From Callorhinchus milii (Eukaryota), in assembly GCF_018977255.1 (NCBI RefSeq), contig NW_024704743.1, positions 87,980,001 through 88,044,000 on the forward strand: 64,000 nucleotides of DNA, written 5' to 3'. Position 1 is the first letter of the stretch, and each line of letters starts with the position of its first letter. The notes below the pieces were generated by a model. The model did no database searches, was not told the origin of the DNA, and saw only the letters and a program-made list of their open reading frames with translations. Positions 26,656 through 40,380 of this stretch are shown here, in pieces. The translations under genes and the position numbers were made by a program.

Positions 26656-28226
26656 ATGTAGAGTTTAGTGACTGTGTATTTTGTAAGCAAAAGAATGAAC
26701 ATAGAGAGTTTGTTTAGAACAATATATGTGTGCTATTGGTAGGAAGCGGAGTGGGAAGGAAACAGATTCTGGTTTCAACTAGTTATTGATCATCACTTCA
26801 AACAATTTGCAAGCCATTGCTCACTGTATAGCTATTTCAGCACAAAGCGCAAGAGTGCTTGCAAGAATGGAAAACATTGATTTTCTGATGAAACTTTTCT
26901 CTAAGCATTCACAGTAGCAATATTTGGTAATCTTTTTCTGAATTGTTTGGAGAATCCTGTTACATTGAATTTGTTTCCGTGCACGTTTTATGTAACCGGG
27001 TTTGACAATTTCTAGTAATTGTGTGGCAGGTGCACCATCAACACAAAAAACAATATCACACAATGGGCAGCAAATTTGTAGAGAAAGATCCATTTATTCC
27101 ATTGTGTAGGAATCATTCTAATACTGAACTGATGGCCTGTTGAGCATTTTACTGATGGGCTAAATCAACAGCTTTAATGAAAGATGCTTCAGTACTTGAA
27201 TTCCATTTTATGATTGGTCATGGTCTAAGTATTGTGGGAGCTTCATGTTTTGCCCACGAATATAGAGTCAATTAACTTTACAGTATATTCTGTGAAGTAC
27301 TTTGAGACGTCGCGACAATGTGGCAAGGTACAATAGCAAATGCAAAGATTATTATATGTTGTACAGTACTTACCACAACAACTTTCATTTATGTTGCACG
27401 CTTCATGTTGGATAATGTCTCAGAGTGGTTCACAATGATAGGGTGGAAAGCCAAGAAAGGGAGAAGGGAGTGACATGTACAAAGAGAAGATATTTATGTG
27501 AGATTTCAAGGCAGATAGAAACAGGGCAAAACTGAAGAGTCAAAACTGATGAAGTTCCAGAAGTTAGGGACATCGCAGTGGAAGGCTTCACCATTGATTG
27601 TGGTGCAGAGGGAATGAAGGATGCAAGGCAGGTCTGAGTTAGCTGAATAGAACATGATCAGTGTTCTCACTATGCAATAGAGAAATACAGACCCAAAGAG
27701 GCAGTGGAGGCAGACTGTGTCAACAAATTCAAGACTGAATTTCAAGAAGTCTATCAGATCTGAAATGGAGATCGGTAAATACAAGTAGTTGTTCCTGTAA
27801 GGTACAGAAATTCTTCTAAGACAGGACATACTGATGTACGAATCAAGTGTAATTTAATAGAATTTATCCCCTGAAAACTTAAAAGTAGCATTTAGAATCA
27901 TAGACTTGTAGAATTACTTCACAGAAGGAGGCCATCCAGCACATTAATGCATTACTGCCAGCTCTTCCACTGATGCGTAACTCTCCTAATCCCAGCTCCC
28001 TGTTCCTTCCCCATATCCTGTTACACCTTTCAGTTTTATCAGCATGTCCTGATGCAGAGATTTCTTTTCATGTGATACATGCAGTCATTCCAGTTTCTGC
28101 AGGACTGCCCATGTTAATCTAAATCCATATTAAAACAGTAATCTACAATTTGCAGTGCTCACAGCTGCAAAACACATTCTAGCTAATGTGTTAAATTACA
28201 CTTATCTTTGCATCATTACTTCTCCT

Positions 28227-28630
28227 TGTCATCTTGCCCAGTTGGTAGAGCTCTCGCCTCTGGGTCAGAAAGTTGTGGCTTTGAGCCCCCACACTGGGGC
28301 TTTGAACTCATAATCAAGTTTGACCACTCCAGTGCTGTATTGGGGCAATTCTGCATTGTCGTAGCTGTTGTCTTTCATTTGAGTTGCCTGTTCAGGTGAA
28401 AGTTAAAGATCCCAATTCACTATTAGAAAAGAGAAAAGAGTTTTCTCTGGTATCTGGTTAACAATCCTCCAGATTAATTGATCATTTAGTTTATGGCTGT
28501 TTGTGGGACATTGCTGGTGCAAAAGGCGGTCACATCTGCCTATAGAATCAGTGACAACATATGACAGTGATTAGCTGTGAAGTGTTTTGGGGAGTTTTGA
28601 TGTGGCCGCTATAAAAATGCAAGCGTTTTC
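28227..28630 (+). mobile_element. Family B Deu SINE
   Basis: Same modules. Further partial copies near 10395, 18722, 21540, 24212, 30785, 47050, 47500 and 58425. Confidence 0.85.
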
Positions 28631-29499
28631 TTTTTCTTAAAGTTTCAATAGAAACTTGCAGTAAGTTAAAACTGCACAGAAGCAGCAAGATTTCCTATTG
28701 ATTATCTGATTTTACTCACTTGTGAACCACAGCACACATGTATATGTCAATGGGTTTTCTATTTTCGTTACACTTTTGATATGCAGTTCCCTGATTTGGT
28801 ACACTTTACATCGAGGCATTTTTGTGTTGACTGATTATGTACAAAATGTAAATGGAGGTGAATCTGACATAATAAGGCTGGCAAATTATGCACCTGAAGG
28901 CATGAAAAGGCTTCCTTGAGACTTGGACCTGCTGAATACAAATCATTTTAGAAAAATATTACAGCAGCAACTGAGCCCACAGGGAGAAATGTGCTGAGCT
29001 CATGCCGCACAGGATCAAGATGTTGGGGCTGGTATAAAGCATCTGAAATCCTAAGGACAAAGCCAGGGATTCTGTAACATAGACAAACCCTTCCAGTTTG
29101 AAAATGAAAATGGAGGTGGAAGGCTCTGAGAATATGATGGACAGGTCTGAAGCAAAGAGGATGATGATATTAATGAGATCTATTTTCCAATCTCTCGCAA
29201 TGGCATTTTCTAACAATAAGGTTCTTAAACATGGTGATTCATTTCTACAATTGACAGATTCTTTGACTGACCAAAACAATATCCCATTAAGAAATACCCC
29301 AAATTAGATCCCAACAGAAGGTGCAAAATCCTGATTCTGATTTGCGTCCAAAAAGGAAGTAGCCATCTCTACATTTATAGAATACAATACAGTACAGTGA
29401 GAATGTACCTGATTGACAAATTGTGCAAGATACAGCTATCGTTATCAATACAACAAAGCAACACAGCAATCCAGTAGTTCGCTCATAGCCAAAACATGA

Positions 29500-30003
29500 G
29501 TAAACTACCTCACCCTCGTATTCAAGTCCCTGCACTCCTCTGCAACCCCAACCTCTCTGATCTCCTCTCTCCTCAAAACAGCACCCGTTGCCTTTGTTCC
29601 TCCGGGTCTGGCCTCCTCCTTGTCCCCGAGTCCTCCGCTCCACCCTCGGTGGCTGTGCCTTCAGCCACTATGCCCCAAGGCTCTGGAACTGCCTTCCTCA
29701 CTCCCTCCATCTCGTTCCCTCCCTTCCCATTTTCAGGTCTCTGCTGAAGAACTTTCTTTGCGACCGCGCCTTTGGTCACCTTTCCCCCCTCCCCCTGGCT
29801 TGGTCCCGGGATCCGAAACTGTAAAGCGCTCTGAGATACCGTCTGGCGTGGAGGGCGCTATATAAATCCAAGTTGTTCTTGTTGTTTGGTCACCATTCCC
29901 CCCTCCCCCTGGCTTGGTCCCGGGATCCGAAACTGTAAAGCGCTCTGAGATACCGTCCGGCGTGGAGGGCGCTATATAAATCCAAGTTGTTCTTCTTGTT
30001 GTT
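29500..30003 (+). mobile_element. L2 3' fragment (second subfamily) with tandemly duplicated 3' end
   Basis: APRLWNCLP...LKNFLC; 114-nt unit at 29771-29884 repeated from 29885. Confidence 0.92.
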
Positions 30004-30179
30004 TTAACAGTTACACTTTCCTAAAGGGAATCATTGTTTCTGACTGAGTGCATTATAACTTTTTTATACATAATTAGAGTTCCAGTTGGCTATTTCTATG
30101 TAATATTTATAATGTTCCACATAAACTGAATGCCAATTCCATAGGCTCAGGACTACCTGACTTGGACAATCAGCAACTC

Positions 30180-30780
30180 ACACAATTGAGGAGAGGGACT
30201 GGTTGGTGACGTCAGCCAGTAGTGGGCAGAGGAGGGGGAGCTGGGTGACCAGCAAGTTGGTGGGGAGGGAGTCGAGGCAGCAGGTGGTGGGTTTCATGGA
30301 GGTGGTGGTGGGTGAGAGGGAGGAGGGAGAGATGGGGAGGAAGGAATGCAGAATGAGGGTGGTGGTAGGAGCAGATGATGGGGAGGGTGAGGGGGGCAGA
30401 AAGGGGATGGTGGTGGGTGACAAGAGGCAGATGGATGAGGCTGCCTGGCGGATGTTGTGAATTTTAGATGAAACAAAGGAAACCTCCTCGCACTTGGCAT
30501 TTGATATGAAGATTGAAGAGGCCTGAGAGGGGTTACGGAGGAGGTAGTGGGTGGTGGAAAAAGGGATTTTAGGGTTGTGTTTAGCCTCCAAGATGACAAT
30601 GTATGAGGGTTTCGACAGCCTGAGGTGTAAGGTAGTGGTGGAGCCGGGCGATGTTACGGAGGTGGAGGAAGGCAGAGTGGGTCATGGCACGGATGTGGGG
30701 AAGAAAGGACAGTTGAGGGTGAAAAAGACACCTGGGTTCCTGACTGGCTTGGTGAGGTGAAGTGTGCGTCCTTGGATTGA
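30180..30780 (-). mobile_element. Internal L2 fragments without a 3' tail
   Basis: MKPTTCCLDSLPTNLL (EN-RT linker) at 30180-30600, joined to a post-RT segment at 30600-30780. Confidence 0.85.
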
Positions 30781-31434
30781 ACTTTATCCTTACATTTGAT
30801 ATAGCACTTTTGGGTCAGGGGGATGTCTCAAAGTGCTTCATAAGGTTGACTGTAATGTGTAGTGACTGTGTATTTGTAGGTGAATCCAGCAGACAATTTG
30901 CACATGGCCTAAAAATGGCTATGAAGTGAATGATCAATTCTATTTGATGGATTGTTTGCAAGGATACAGAGAGAAACTCCAACTCCATTCTCTTTTCAAA
31001 TAGTTCCATGGATATTTAACATCAATCCAAACAGGTAATGAAACAAATGACAATGTTAACCTGTGTGGGATGATGTGAATGAATGTCTGCCATCTAACTG
31101 TGGTCAAAGTATGAATAATTACTGTTACTCCACATCGCCCCATCCCCTGTATTATTAAACACTGTTCTAATAGAATATGTTAAATTAACTGAAACATCAA
31201 TTAAAGGAAATTATTAGCGGGTGAATCTCATTTCAATAATGAAGATTGGTATTTCTCTGCCTTTGTTTCAAGTGTTAACAATATGCTAAGTACCTCCCAC
31301 TCTCTTACACCATTACACAGTTCTTTTTTACATGCATATTAATATATTAATATAACTATAGGGCCTTATTATCCTTTACTATTATGCAGCACTGGATGAA
31401 TGTTACTTGTATTAAATGCAATTGAAGTTTGCAT

Positions 31435-31905
31435 ATCTCCCCCATTCTTACCTGACTCCATTGGCTCCCTATCCTTCAGAGGATCCAGTTCAAGATCCTG
31501 GTCCTCACCTACAAAGCCCTCCGTGGCCTCGCCCCACCCTACCTCTGCGACCTCCTAAACCCCTATCAACCCACCCGCTCCCTCCGCCCAGCTGGCTCTG
31601 GCCTGCTCCATGTCCCCCGACCCACCCGCCCTACTATTGGTGGAGAGCCTTTAGCCACTCTGCCCCCAACCTCTGGAATTCCATCCCCTAATCACTCTGC
31701 CTCGCCTCCTCCTTAGCCTCCTTCAAGTCCCGCCTCAAGATCCTCCTCTTCAACCATGCCATCGACCACCCCCCCTTCCCCTCCCCTCCCTTCTCTCCCC
31801 CTGACCCCAGCTCAGGTCTGAAATGCTGTACACTGTCCAGCGCATTGGGATGTCCTCCCGACGTGAAAGGCGCTATACAAATGTAACCTTGTTGTTGTTG
31901 TTGTT
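31435..31905 (+). mobile_element. 5'-truncated L2
   Basis: AFSHSAPNLWNSIP; stem-loop and (TTG)n tail. Confidence 0.93.
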
Positions 31906-32621
31906 TTTCAGTGTATTTTGTTTTGCAAGCAAATTGAGCTAAGGGATCTTCTAAGGATCCAGAAGATAAAGGAATATCCCTTTTTCCAGCATAGCACAGG
32001 CACTGAATGGGTGGATGGAAGCTGGGAGAGGCCAAAAAGCTTCTCAAGAGCCTAGACAGTAGTTTCAGACTTCCTCTCAATGTGAGAAGTGCTATGTAAA
32101 TGTAAATTGCATTGTAAAGAATTATTTAAATGATAATTGGCTGGGACTAAGCAATAAACAATTATTTCAATTACAACTCCAAGAAGGAAAAGAACAAAAC
32201 TGTGTTACTTTCCTTAAAAACTATTAAAAGATTTTTTGCTGCGAGTTCTTCCAATCTGGTACCCAAAATATTATCCAGTAATATTAACTTTAAAATTAAA
32301 AATGACATTCAATAGTTTCAATACAATATTTTTATGCCAAATTCTCAGATTAAATAGAAAATTAGTAGCTAATTACAAAATTGTGGGGTCAATATTGACC
32401 CTATGTCCCAAATGTAACAAAGGTTAAATACCATACATCACAGCTAAACATCAAGGGTTGGATTTTGTTCTTGGTAGTATTGGTAGAGTATTTTTACCTG
32501 TAAATCCATCTAATTATCACCAAAGCACTAAACATCCCAGTCACATCTGAGGTGTGAACTAATCAGCCAGCCATACTGTTATGAGTTTTGATTCTAGGCT
32601 TTTTTGTTTTTTACTGCCAAT

Positions 32622-32910
32622 AAACAACAATAACAACAACCAAGATTACATTTATATAGCACTTTTCACGTTGGGAGGATGTCCCAAGGTGCTGGACAGA
32701 GTACAGCATTTCAGACCCGAGCAGGGGTCAGGAGGGGAAGGGAGGGGAGGGGAAGGGGGGTGGCCAATTGCATGGTCGAAGAGGAGGGTCTTGAGGTGCG
32801 ACTTGAAGGAGGCTAAGGAGGGGGCGAGGTGGAGTGAATTCCAAAGGTTGGGGCTGAAGGCTCTCCTGCCAATGGTGGGGTGGGTGGGTCTAGGAATGTG
32901 GAGTAGGCCA
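32622..32910 (-). mobile_element. L2 3' end
   Basis: Close inverted match to 31610-31905. Confidence 0.9.
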
Positions 32911-33026
32911 AATAAAAAGTGGTAAGTTAAAGGAAAATCTACAAATTTCCAGTTTAGTTTGATTTATAGTCACAGGTGGAGTTGTTGCTGTGTAAAGTCA
33001 AACAATGGCTATTTCTGTGTACTCAG

Positions 33027-33065
33027 GAACCTATTTTTGACTTACAAGAAAGCTCTAAACATCTG
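33027..33065 (+). other. PTPRD: Candidate 5' UTR micro-exon (39 nt), PTPRD-like
   Basis: Acceptor tatttctgtgtactcag|, donor CTG|gtaagt; exon GAACCTATTTTTGACTTACAAGAAAGCTCTAAACATCTG. Gene name from recall. Confidence 0.65.
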
Positions 33066-36000
33066 GTAAGTATTTGTCATGTGATCCATGTGGTCTTAAA
33101 CAAGAAGCAGAAAGTGTCTCAACAAATGTGAACCAGTATTTGCTATCAAGTAGCCTTCATTAAGTAATCTTTAGCAGATGCGGGCAGGTGATCACAAACC
33201 TTGAGACCACAGAGTCAATGCGAAAAGCAAGGTGGCACAGTTAGTTTGTATGGAGGTGACAAGGAGGATGGATGGCCCACACACTGGGTCTAAAATCTTT
33301 GTGGACTCAACAGATTCAGCTGCTTCTTTGCATATAATGATCTGCCCATTAAAACACGTATACCCATCATTAGTCTGCATTGCAAAGTACAATTTGAAAC
33401 CTTTGTTGGTCCCTTGTAATACTTATCTGTGTGAATTAATCTCTCACATGAATAATTTATGGCAACCTTCAGAATGTTCTGATAATGGCTCAACTTTCAT
33501 TAACTATTTATGATAAATTCCACATTCTCTCAGTCCAATCTTTCAGACACAGTTTTTTTTCTTTAAAATTCATGTGGTTGAGGCAAGGCGTTCTGGAGTG
33601 ATCCTAGCAGATATCGGCACCATCAGTGATTGTAACCAGGATTAACATATGCAATGAAGCTTGAGTTGAGCAGAATACAATATTTGGGATCTAGCCTGTG
33701 TGGAAAAACTTGCAGCGGATGCAGGTATGCCATGCACACAGCAGGAGGAGGGATTAGACCTGTCATTCCCTAAAGGGAAACATAAAAGGTCACTGCCTAT
33801 ACGACACTGGACACCTCATTCATGCTCTAATCTGTATTATATTGAGATTCATTGCTTCCCTTCACTGAAACAGTCCGACTTATAGGGGACGGCTGTTTAC
33901 TCACCCAAGGGGGTCCTGGCAGGGCAATGAAAAATACATGGCCACTACCCAACTGGCTCCTACAAGCTACCCAGAATAGTCCTGTCTTCTTGCCTTAAAT
34001 TGACCTTTTTGCTGCCGGCCTATGTTATAGTTGAGCAAATTTTATTTTGAAAATCTGGATACACTCATTTTAACATGTTTTGGGTGTTTCAGCTGCAAAA
34101 TACACAGTTTTTTGAGCGGATTATACTTTCCATTTGTCCTCTGCAATCCTAAACTCTTCAGCACTTCAACCTTGCAGGTGCTGAATTCAGCAATGAGCTG
34201 GAGGGCGACATAAACCCACAGAGGCTCTGAGCTCTGGTACAAGACTTTGCTGCAGGTTTGCATGTCTTGCTACCCCTTTTTGCAAGGGTGGGTGTTATGA
34301 CATGGCTCAACTCTGAGGTGAAAGAAAGCAACTTATTTATTTATGAAGTAGTGAGAATAGTTACGAAGAAAACACTGCAGACTAGATATGATAGGAGGAG
34401 ATTACAGAGCACAATATAAAGGCTGTTCTAGGAAAATAACAAATAGTGCTGGAGAGTTTTTTAAACTGAGCATTGAGAGAAGGAAAGATAGAGGCAGCAT
34501 AACCTAGAGTCCCCGGTCTGTTTGTGATGTATGGTACATTCTGGGTTCGACTTTAAGTTTGAAACAGATCTGAAGAAATTAATTAGAATTGTTTTATTCT
34601 ACATGTTGGCTTCAAGTTGTACCAGAGAATTTGGTGATGAGGATGAAATTCTTCAAATTTATTTGAAGCAAACTGTTAATTTGGTAAAAAAAAAGAGAGA
34701 AATTATGTTGCTGTCTTTGACAGCTGTAAAGAATTTAATTTGAATGAGATGAGGAAATGGTTTGACCCACTCCTAGGCTGGTCGGAGCAGGGTTTTAAAA
34801 GCAAATGCCACCCTAGAAGAAGGACAGAAAGCATCTGTACTTCTCCTGGTTGTGGGTATAGAGGCCTATGGGATCCTGTGACATTTAGTGTCCGTGAAAA
34901 AAAACTGTGAGGAGATCTTTAAGGTTGACTTTTTGAATGTATATTGGGGATATGAATGGAAACTGGAAATCACAATTTGCTGGGTTAAGACTTCTAGCTT
35001 GTGAATAATATATTTTGAACTCCATTTCGGGTCAAACAGAAACAACGTATCAGAGAGATCTACATTTAATGGCAGGATTTTGCTAAAAGGTAATCTAGAG
35101 CTAAATACAGTGCATGATGGATCCTGGGAACTCTCTCTGTGTAAATTTTTTTTAGAAGATTCATATGATTGTTTGTCATGTGGAGGGTATGAACAAAGCA
35201 AGACTGATTCCCCAATTCTGCCTACTAGGTTTACAAGTGACACTAGTTTCCACCTTTGGAAAAGATCTCCCCCAAATAGTGAGCTACCTGAACGTGACAT
35301 TAAATACACCAGAGAGGAAGGTGGTGACTGAGGTGTAGGACTTGGTGCATGAGGACCAGCAGGAAACATTCACCATTGCAACTTAAAAGCCGATGGTAGT
35401 GAAGGTCACCTCTGTCCTGAACTGGGACTTTTCAAGCACCAACAGGGGAATCTCACGAGTGAACTGGTTTTCTGTGAGGAAACAACTGGAGTATTGTGTG
35501 TTGTCACTCTGCTGTGTACACCTGAACAGCAACCAGCCGACCACCAAGCCATTCCAACATGTTCTGATGAACTCATAAAGTTCCAAAACATGAAGTAGCT
35601 GTTCGTAAAATCCCTTTTGTTAAATAAACTTGTTCAGTGGGCTCACATTGGCGGTCCGCAGCAATGTTGTGTTACAGGCCATTCTTTATATTTTTTTTTA
35701 TCTGCTTAACACACATATCTGACGTACAAGGCTGCCGGCTGTTTAATCAGTGACGAATGCTGGGAAAGTTGCAGTAAATATTTTTTGCTGCTCTTTTTCG
35801 AGGACCAACTGGCAATGGAGTAGAAATAATTGGAATATTTGGGAAACTCATCCCAGCTTCTTGGGGGTTATTTTACATTGATGGCTAAAAATAGTGATTA
35901 TTTCATTATGCCTTTATGATGAGAGATGGCATTATAAAGGGCATAGTGAAAAGATGAGCTATTCTTAGTAATCAGCTTATGTCAGACCCCACTCCCCCCA

Positions 36001-36577
36001 GGTTTCACTTTAAAGTTCTTTTTGCATTGCCTGTTTATTTAGATTAGTCAGCTCATGCTCAGCACCTGGAGATATTATCTTACATGAAGGGTGTTATATA
36101 AATGCAAATTGGTGTTGTTGTAATAGTTATACCCTAAAATGCCGCTGGCCAGACAGAGGAGTGGGGGGAATCCAATCTGGCACACCGGAATTTCCTGTTA
36201 AGTGTAATCCCAATTCTGGTACTGGTATTTTCTGTCTTTTTTTGTTGCCAGCTTTATTGAGTGCCAAAAAATTCCAGTAAATTATGTACCCACATTGTAA
36301 TTTGAATCCCATGATCATAAGGTAGTGAATATGCTATCTTGCGCTCGCTGGATTCAAACTGAGTCAAAGTCGATCTCCCTGATCACTGGAGGCCAGTATG
36401 ACAGTGAGGTGGGGACGAGCACTAGGAGATTGGGCCAGTGGGAATCTGCACAGATTCGGCCAATTGAATTTTTTTTAAATTTTGCTTCTGGCCTGCTTCG
36501 GCTACACCTGAATTCCAGATACCCGGAATCCAGTAAGTCATGGGTTTACGGTATGTTTTATGATCTGTTTAAAGCCA

Positions 36578-36851
36578 TTTAAGAGTGAAATCAGGAAGCA
36601 TTTTCTCACTCAAAAGTTGTAGAAGTCTGGAATTTCCCCAAAAGGCCATGGATGCTGGATCCATTCACACCCTCAAGAGTGAGGTTGATAGATCTTTGGT
36701 AGGTCATGGAATTAATAGATATGGGGAGAAAGTGGGAAAATTGGAATTGAAAGGATTAGTTGAGGTACAGATCAGCCATGATATAATTAATTGGTGGAAC
36801 AGGCTTGAAGGGCCTACACCTATTCCTATGTTCCTGTGCTCCTATGTTCCC
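36578..36851 (+). mobile_element. CR1 3' end with (CCTATGTT)-like tail
   Basis: gatcagccatgat...aggcttgaagggcc...cctattcctatgttcc. Confidence 0.85.
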
Positions 36852-39800
36852 TTGGATTATCACCACCATGTTCCAGATGTGTTGTAGTAAGAGAAGTTTG
36901 GTTGAGAACTCGAGGTCTAATTTGTGCTGTCTAAGCAATTAAACAGGATTTTTTTCTGGTAATAGGAAACACGTCACACTATTTGTGGGAACTCTGCTCC
37001 AAATAATTCAGCTTAGTTTCTGCAGATTAACGGGAATTCTACTGGGATTCCTTTAAACAGTGTCTCACATTATAGAATATTAACATTACAGAATATTTAA
37101 AAATATCACAATTTAGGGACTGTAATCCTATAATCACTTTTCTATAAGGCTCTTACAGTATTGCTAAATCTAACTTCAACTAAATGCAAATAAATGCAAA
37201 TTGCCGATGATAAATGCTCCACCCTCTAATCCTGAACTCAGTCGTCACTTGATCATTCTGCTGTAAATCCTTATTACTGGGGAATCGTGACAGTTGTGGA
37301 CTCAATATTGGTAGGAGTATATGGTGTGTGAGTATTAAAATCCCCTCAAAAGTGTTGCATTCTATATTAAAACCATATAATGGATCACACCAAGTATTCT
37401 AGCTCTATGATTGTGTCTACTAATTAGATGGATTCATGAAGTGAAACAACAACAACCTGCATTTAAATAGCATCTTTCATTCAGCATAGCGTCTCAGATT
37501 GCTAATGTGCAAATGTTGTTAAAAGATGTATCTGATTTGATAATAGCTTTATATTGGCATCTCAGTATTGACGGTGAACAGCACAAAAGTAAACATGCAG
37601 CATTCTGCACACTAGAAAGTTGAAGAAATTAGAGTTACAGATATCTATTTTTAATAAAAAAAAACAGATTAATGGCAGTTTCTTTCTGATTCTAAAATTC
37701 ACATAATGCATTTTTTGCTACCAAATTGTATCTGAGAAAACATTATTAATTTCATATATCAAGTTCAGAGTAACCATCTGTTCACTCTGTGTTAGCTTCA
37801 GCCTCCATCTGTCCTGCCTCTTTTCCTTCTCTGATAGAAAGGGCTTGGATGATGGGGAAGTTTAGCTCTGGCTTTTATTTGTCACTCATCGTAAGGCAGC
37901 TGCATGTATTTATAAACAGCCTGCTGCAACTGGTGTTGTTGCATTTCAATCTCTGTAGCTGTTTTTCCTGTAAATAGACTAGGAATTCAGATTGTATGTT
38001 GTATACGTGAACTCTACTTTGCTGCTCTAATTTGACTGTATCTGCAATCTCATAAATATGGATTAGTCTGTGCATGTCCCAGATATTATTAGAAGCTGAA
38101 CTATACAGACAGACCTCCAAATCCAGGTGGAAACATATTATAGATTGGGAATGCTGGGCACAAGATGCTCAAGTTGGCATGATGGTAGAAGCAGAAAAGT
38201 ACAACAATTAAATAACACTTAAATAACACTGGAATAATTTGGGGACATAAAAATGGGAGTATGCATGACTAGAAGTGAGATATGATTAAAACTTTGACAT
38301 GGTTTGTGTAACCAGAGTGGCTTGACTGAAGCGGCACAATACCCTTAACGTTCCTTCTGGATGGTGCCACCAGCTGCTCATTGACCAGAGCTGTATGTCT
38401 GGTAGGGTTCTCTCATTCTACTTATGAAAGAGACAGGCAAGCCATTGGGCTGGGTCTAATGTCAAACCATTCTTTGGAAACAAACATTAACACTGGCAGA
38501 CTCAGATGCCTATTGAATTGAACCAAATCTAAGTTTATTTAATGTTTATAGACCTAAGATGAACAATGTAAGTATAATTGTTTTAGACTCACCAACAGCC
38601 TATGTTTGCCCACAAAACGCATAAGTCACTGCACTTTACAATATATCCCATGATGTGCTTTGGGATGTCCTCCTGACATGAAAAGCACAATACTAATCCT
38701 TACATATACCAAATGTAAAGATTATTATTATTGTTATTATTTACTGTTACACATATTTTCCTAATTTTACCTCACCTCTATCAGGTTCCCTCTAAATCGT
38801 GTCATCTTTATGTCTAATATTTCTTGACAACTATATCCACTCATGCCTGGTAATGTCCAAGTAAATCTACGCTAATATAATTCATGTTATTATTTGTTAC
38901 TAAAGCAATACATATTATTGGTTTGAAATTTAGAATATTCCCTTTGTTGTAATTTCAAATATAATTGGAGAATAGCTTTATGAAAATGTGGTTCAATCAC
39001 TACATGCAGTTGAATTCATTTTGAACTAAAACAGATTCATACTGTGTGGGTGACGACGTTTTGGCAGTAAATTCAATCATTAATTTTAAAATCATATCTT
39101 CTGTCAAAATATGTTCAAAATTTCACGTGGCTTGTAAATAATGTGTCTGGGTGCAGGAGCCCTAGTCAGAGGATATGCAGCGTCTGGTCTCCGAGGTACA
39201 GTGGGAGGAAGTTTAGAATGGACACATCTGCTGTCCATCTACTTCTGAACAAGACAGGCAAGTTAAAATCATCTATTGCTTCTTTCACACCCCATTAGTT
39301 TTAAGTCATCTTTGGCTGAAAGTACCCTTGCTGTGCTGGAGGAATTGCAGCAAGTTGCTTTATGTTATACTATTGCTTTTGGAACTGCGTGAAGATCGAG
39401 TCTTTTTGGCAAGAGGCCTTGGCAAGTATCCAGCAAGTCATAGGGGAGCAGTCCCTACTGTTGGGGCTGGCTCCACGGGAGGTTGTAACCAACAACTCTT
39501 GAAAGCTGATTCAACTAACATTGCTGATGGCACGCAGGTGCATTCTGGCAGATGGAGAAATGAGAGTTTCTACCCCCAGTGGCTTGATGCACTTATAGAG
39601 ATTGCCACAATAGATAAATTCACATACTGTACTCTGTGCCCTCGAGACAGAACATAGTCTTTAAAATGTGCTCCCCGTTCAGACTGGCAGTGAGAGTGCA
39701 AACCCCCATGGCGATTCGGCCACTATAGATAAACAAAGGTGTTTCACCCTCTGTGTTCATGTAGCTTTAAATTGTGTTCATACTATACTGACAGGAAGGA

Positions 39801-39959
39801 AGTTGCTCTTATATTTCTTGCTCCACATCACTTTCAAATTGGAGCCTTAATAAACCTGGATTTCAAGATCTATGCAGTTTATCTAATCCAACGTTTAGGT
39901 GCTCATATCCTTACCCAAGCATTTTGAGATGTCTTTCCAATGTGATAAATGTAAATTGT

Positions 39960-40380
39960 ATCATATTACCTTCATACCTGTCCTTATCAAGCTCCAATGG
40001 CTCCCAGTGCATCAACTTCAAGATCCTCGTTCAGATCTACAAATACCTAGATGGCTTCACCCTCCCTACCTCTGTGATTGTCTCCAGCCTTACTCTCCAG
40101 TTTACCTTTCTGCTAGGCCGGCTTGGGCCATCCTTATCCGCTCCATCTGCCATCAATGGCTCAGCCTTCAACTGATATACCCCAACCATCTGGAATTCCT
40201 TCCACCTCGCCTCCTCCCTATTTGTCTTTCAGATTCCCCCGAAAAAAACTACCTTTTCAACCATGAAAAAAGGTTACTTTCTTCCACCCCATCTTCCCTT
40301 GCTTGTCCAGGAATATATTTGTTAAGTGTTTCAAGACATTACCTTATATACCAAACACACTATATACATGCAAGTTCTTA
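39960..40380 (+). mobile_element. Old L2 3' fragment
   Basis: HITFIPVLIKLQWLPV and INFKILV translations. Confidence 0.75.

Noticed and set aside
35353..35598. 81-codon open frame with B-box-like LVFCEETTGVLCVV
   Set aside because: Several zinc ligands are missing, there is no useful ATG or convincing splice site, and no other TRIM domains are nearby.
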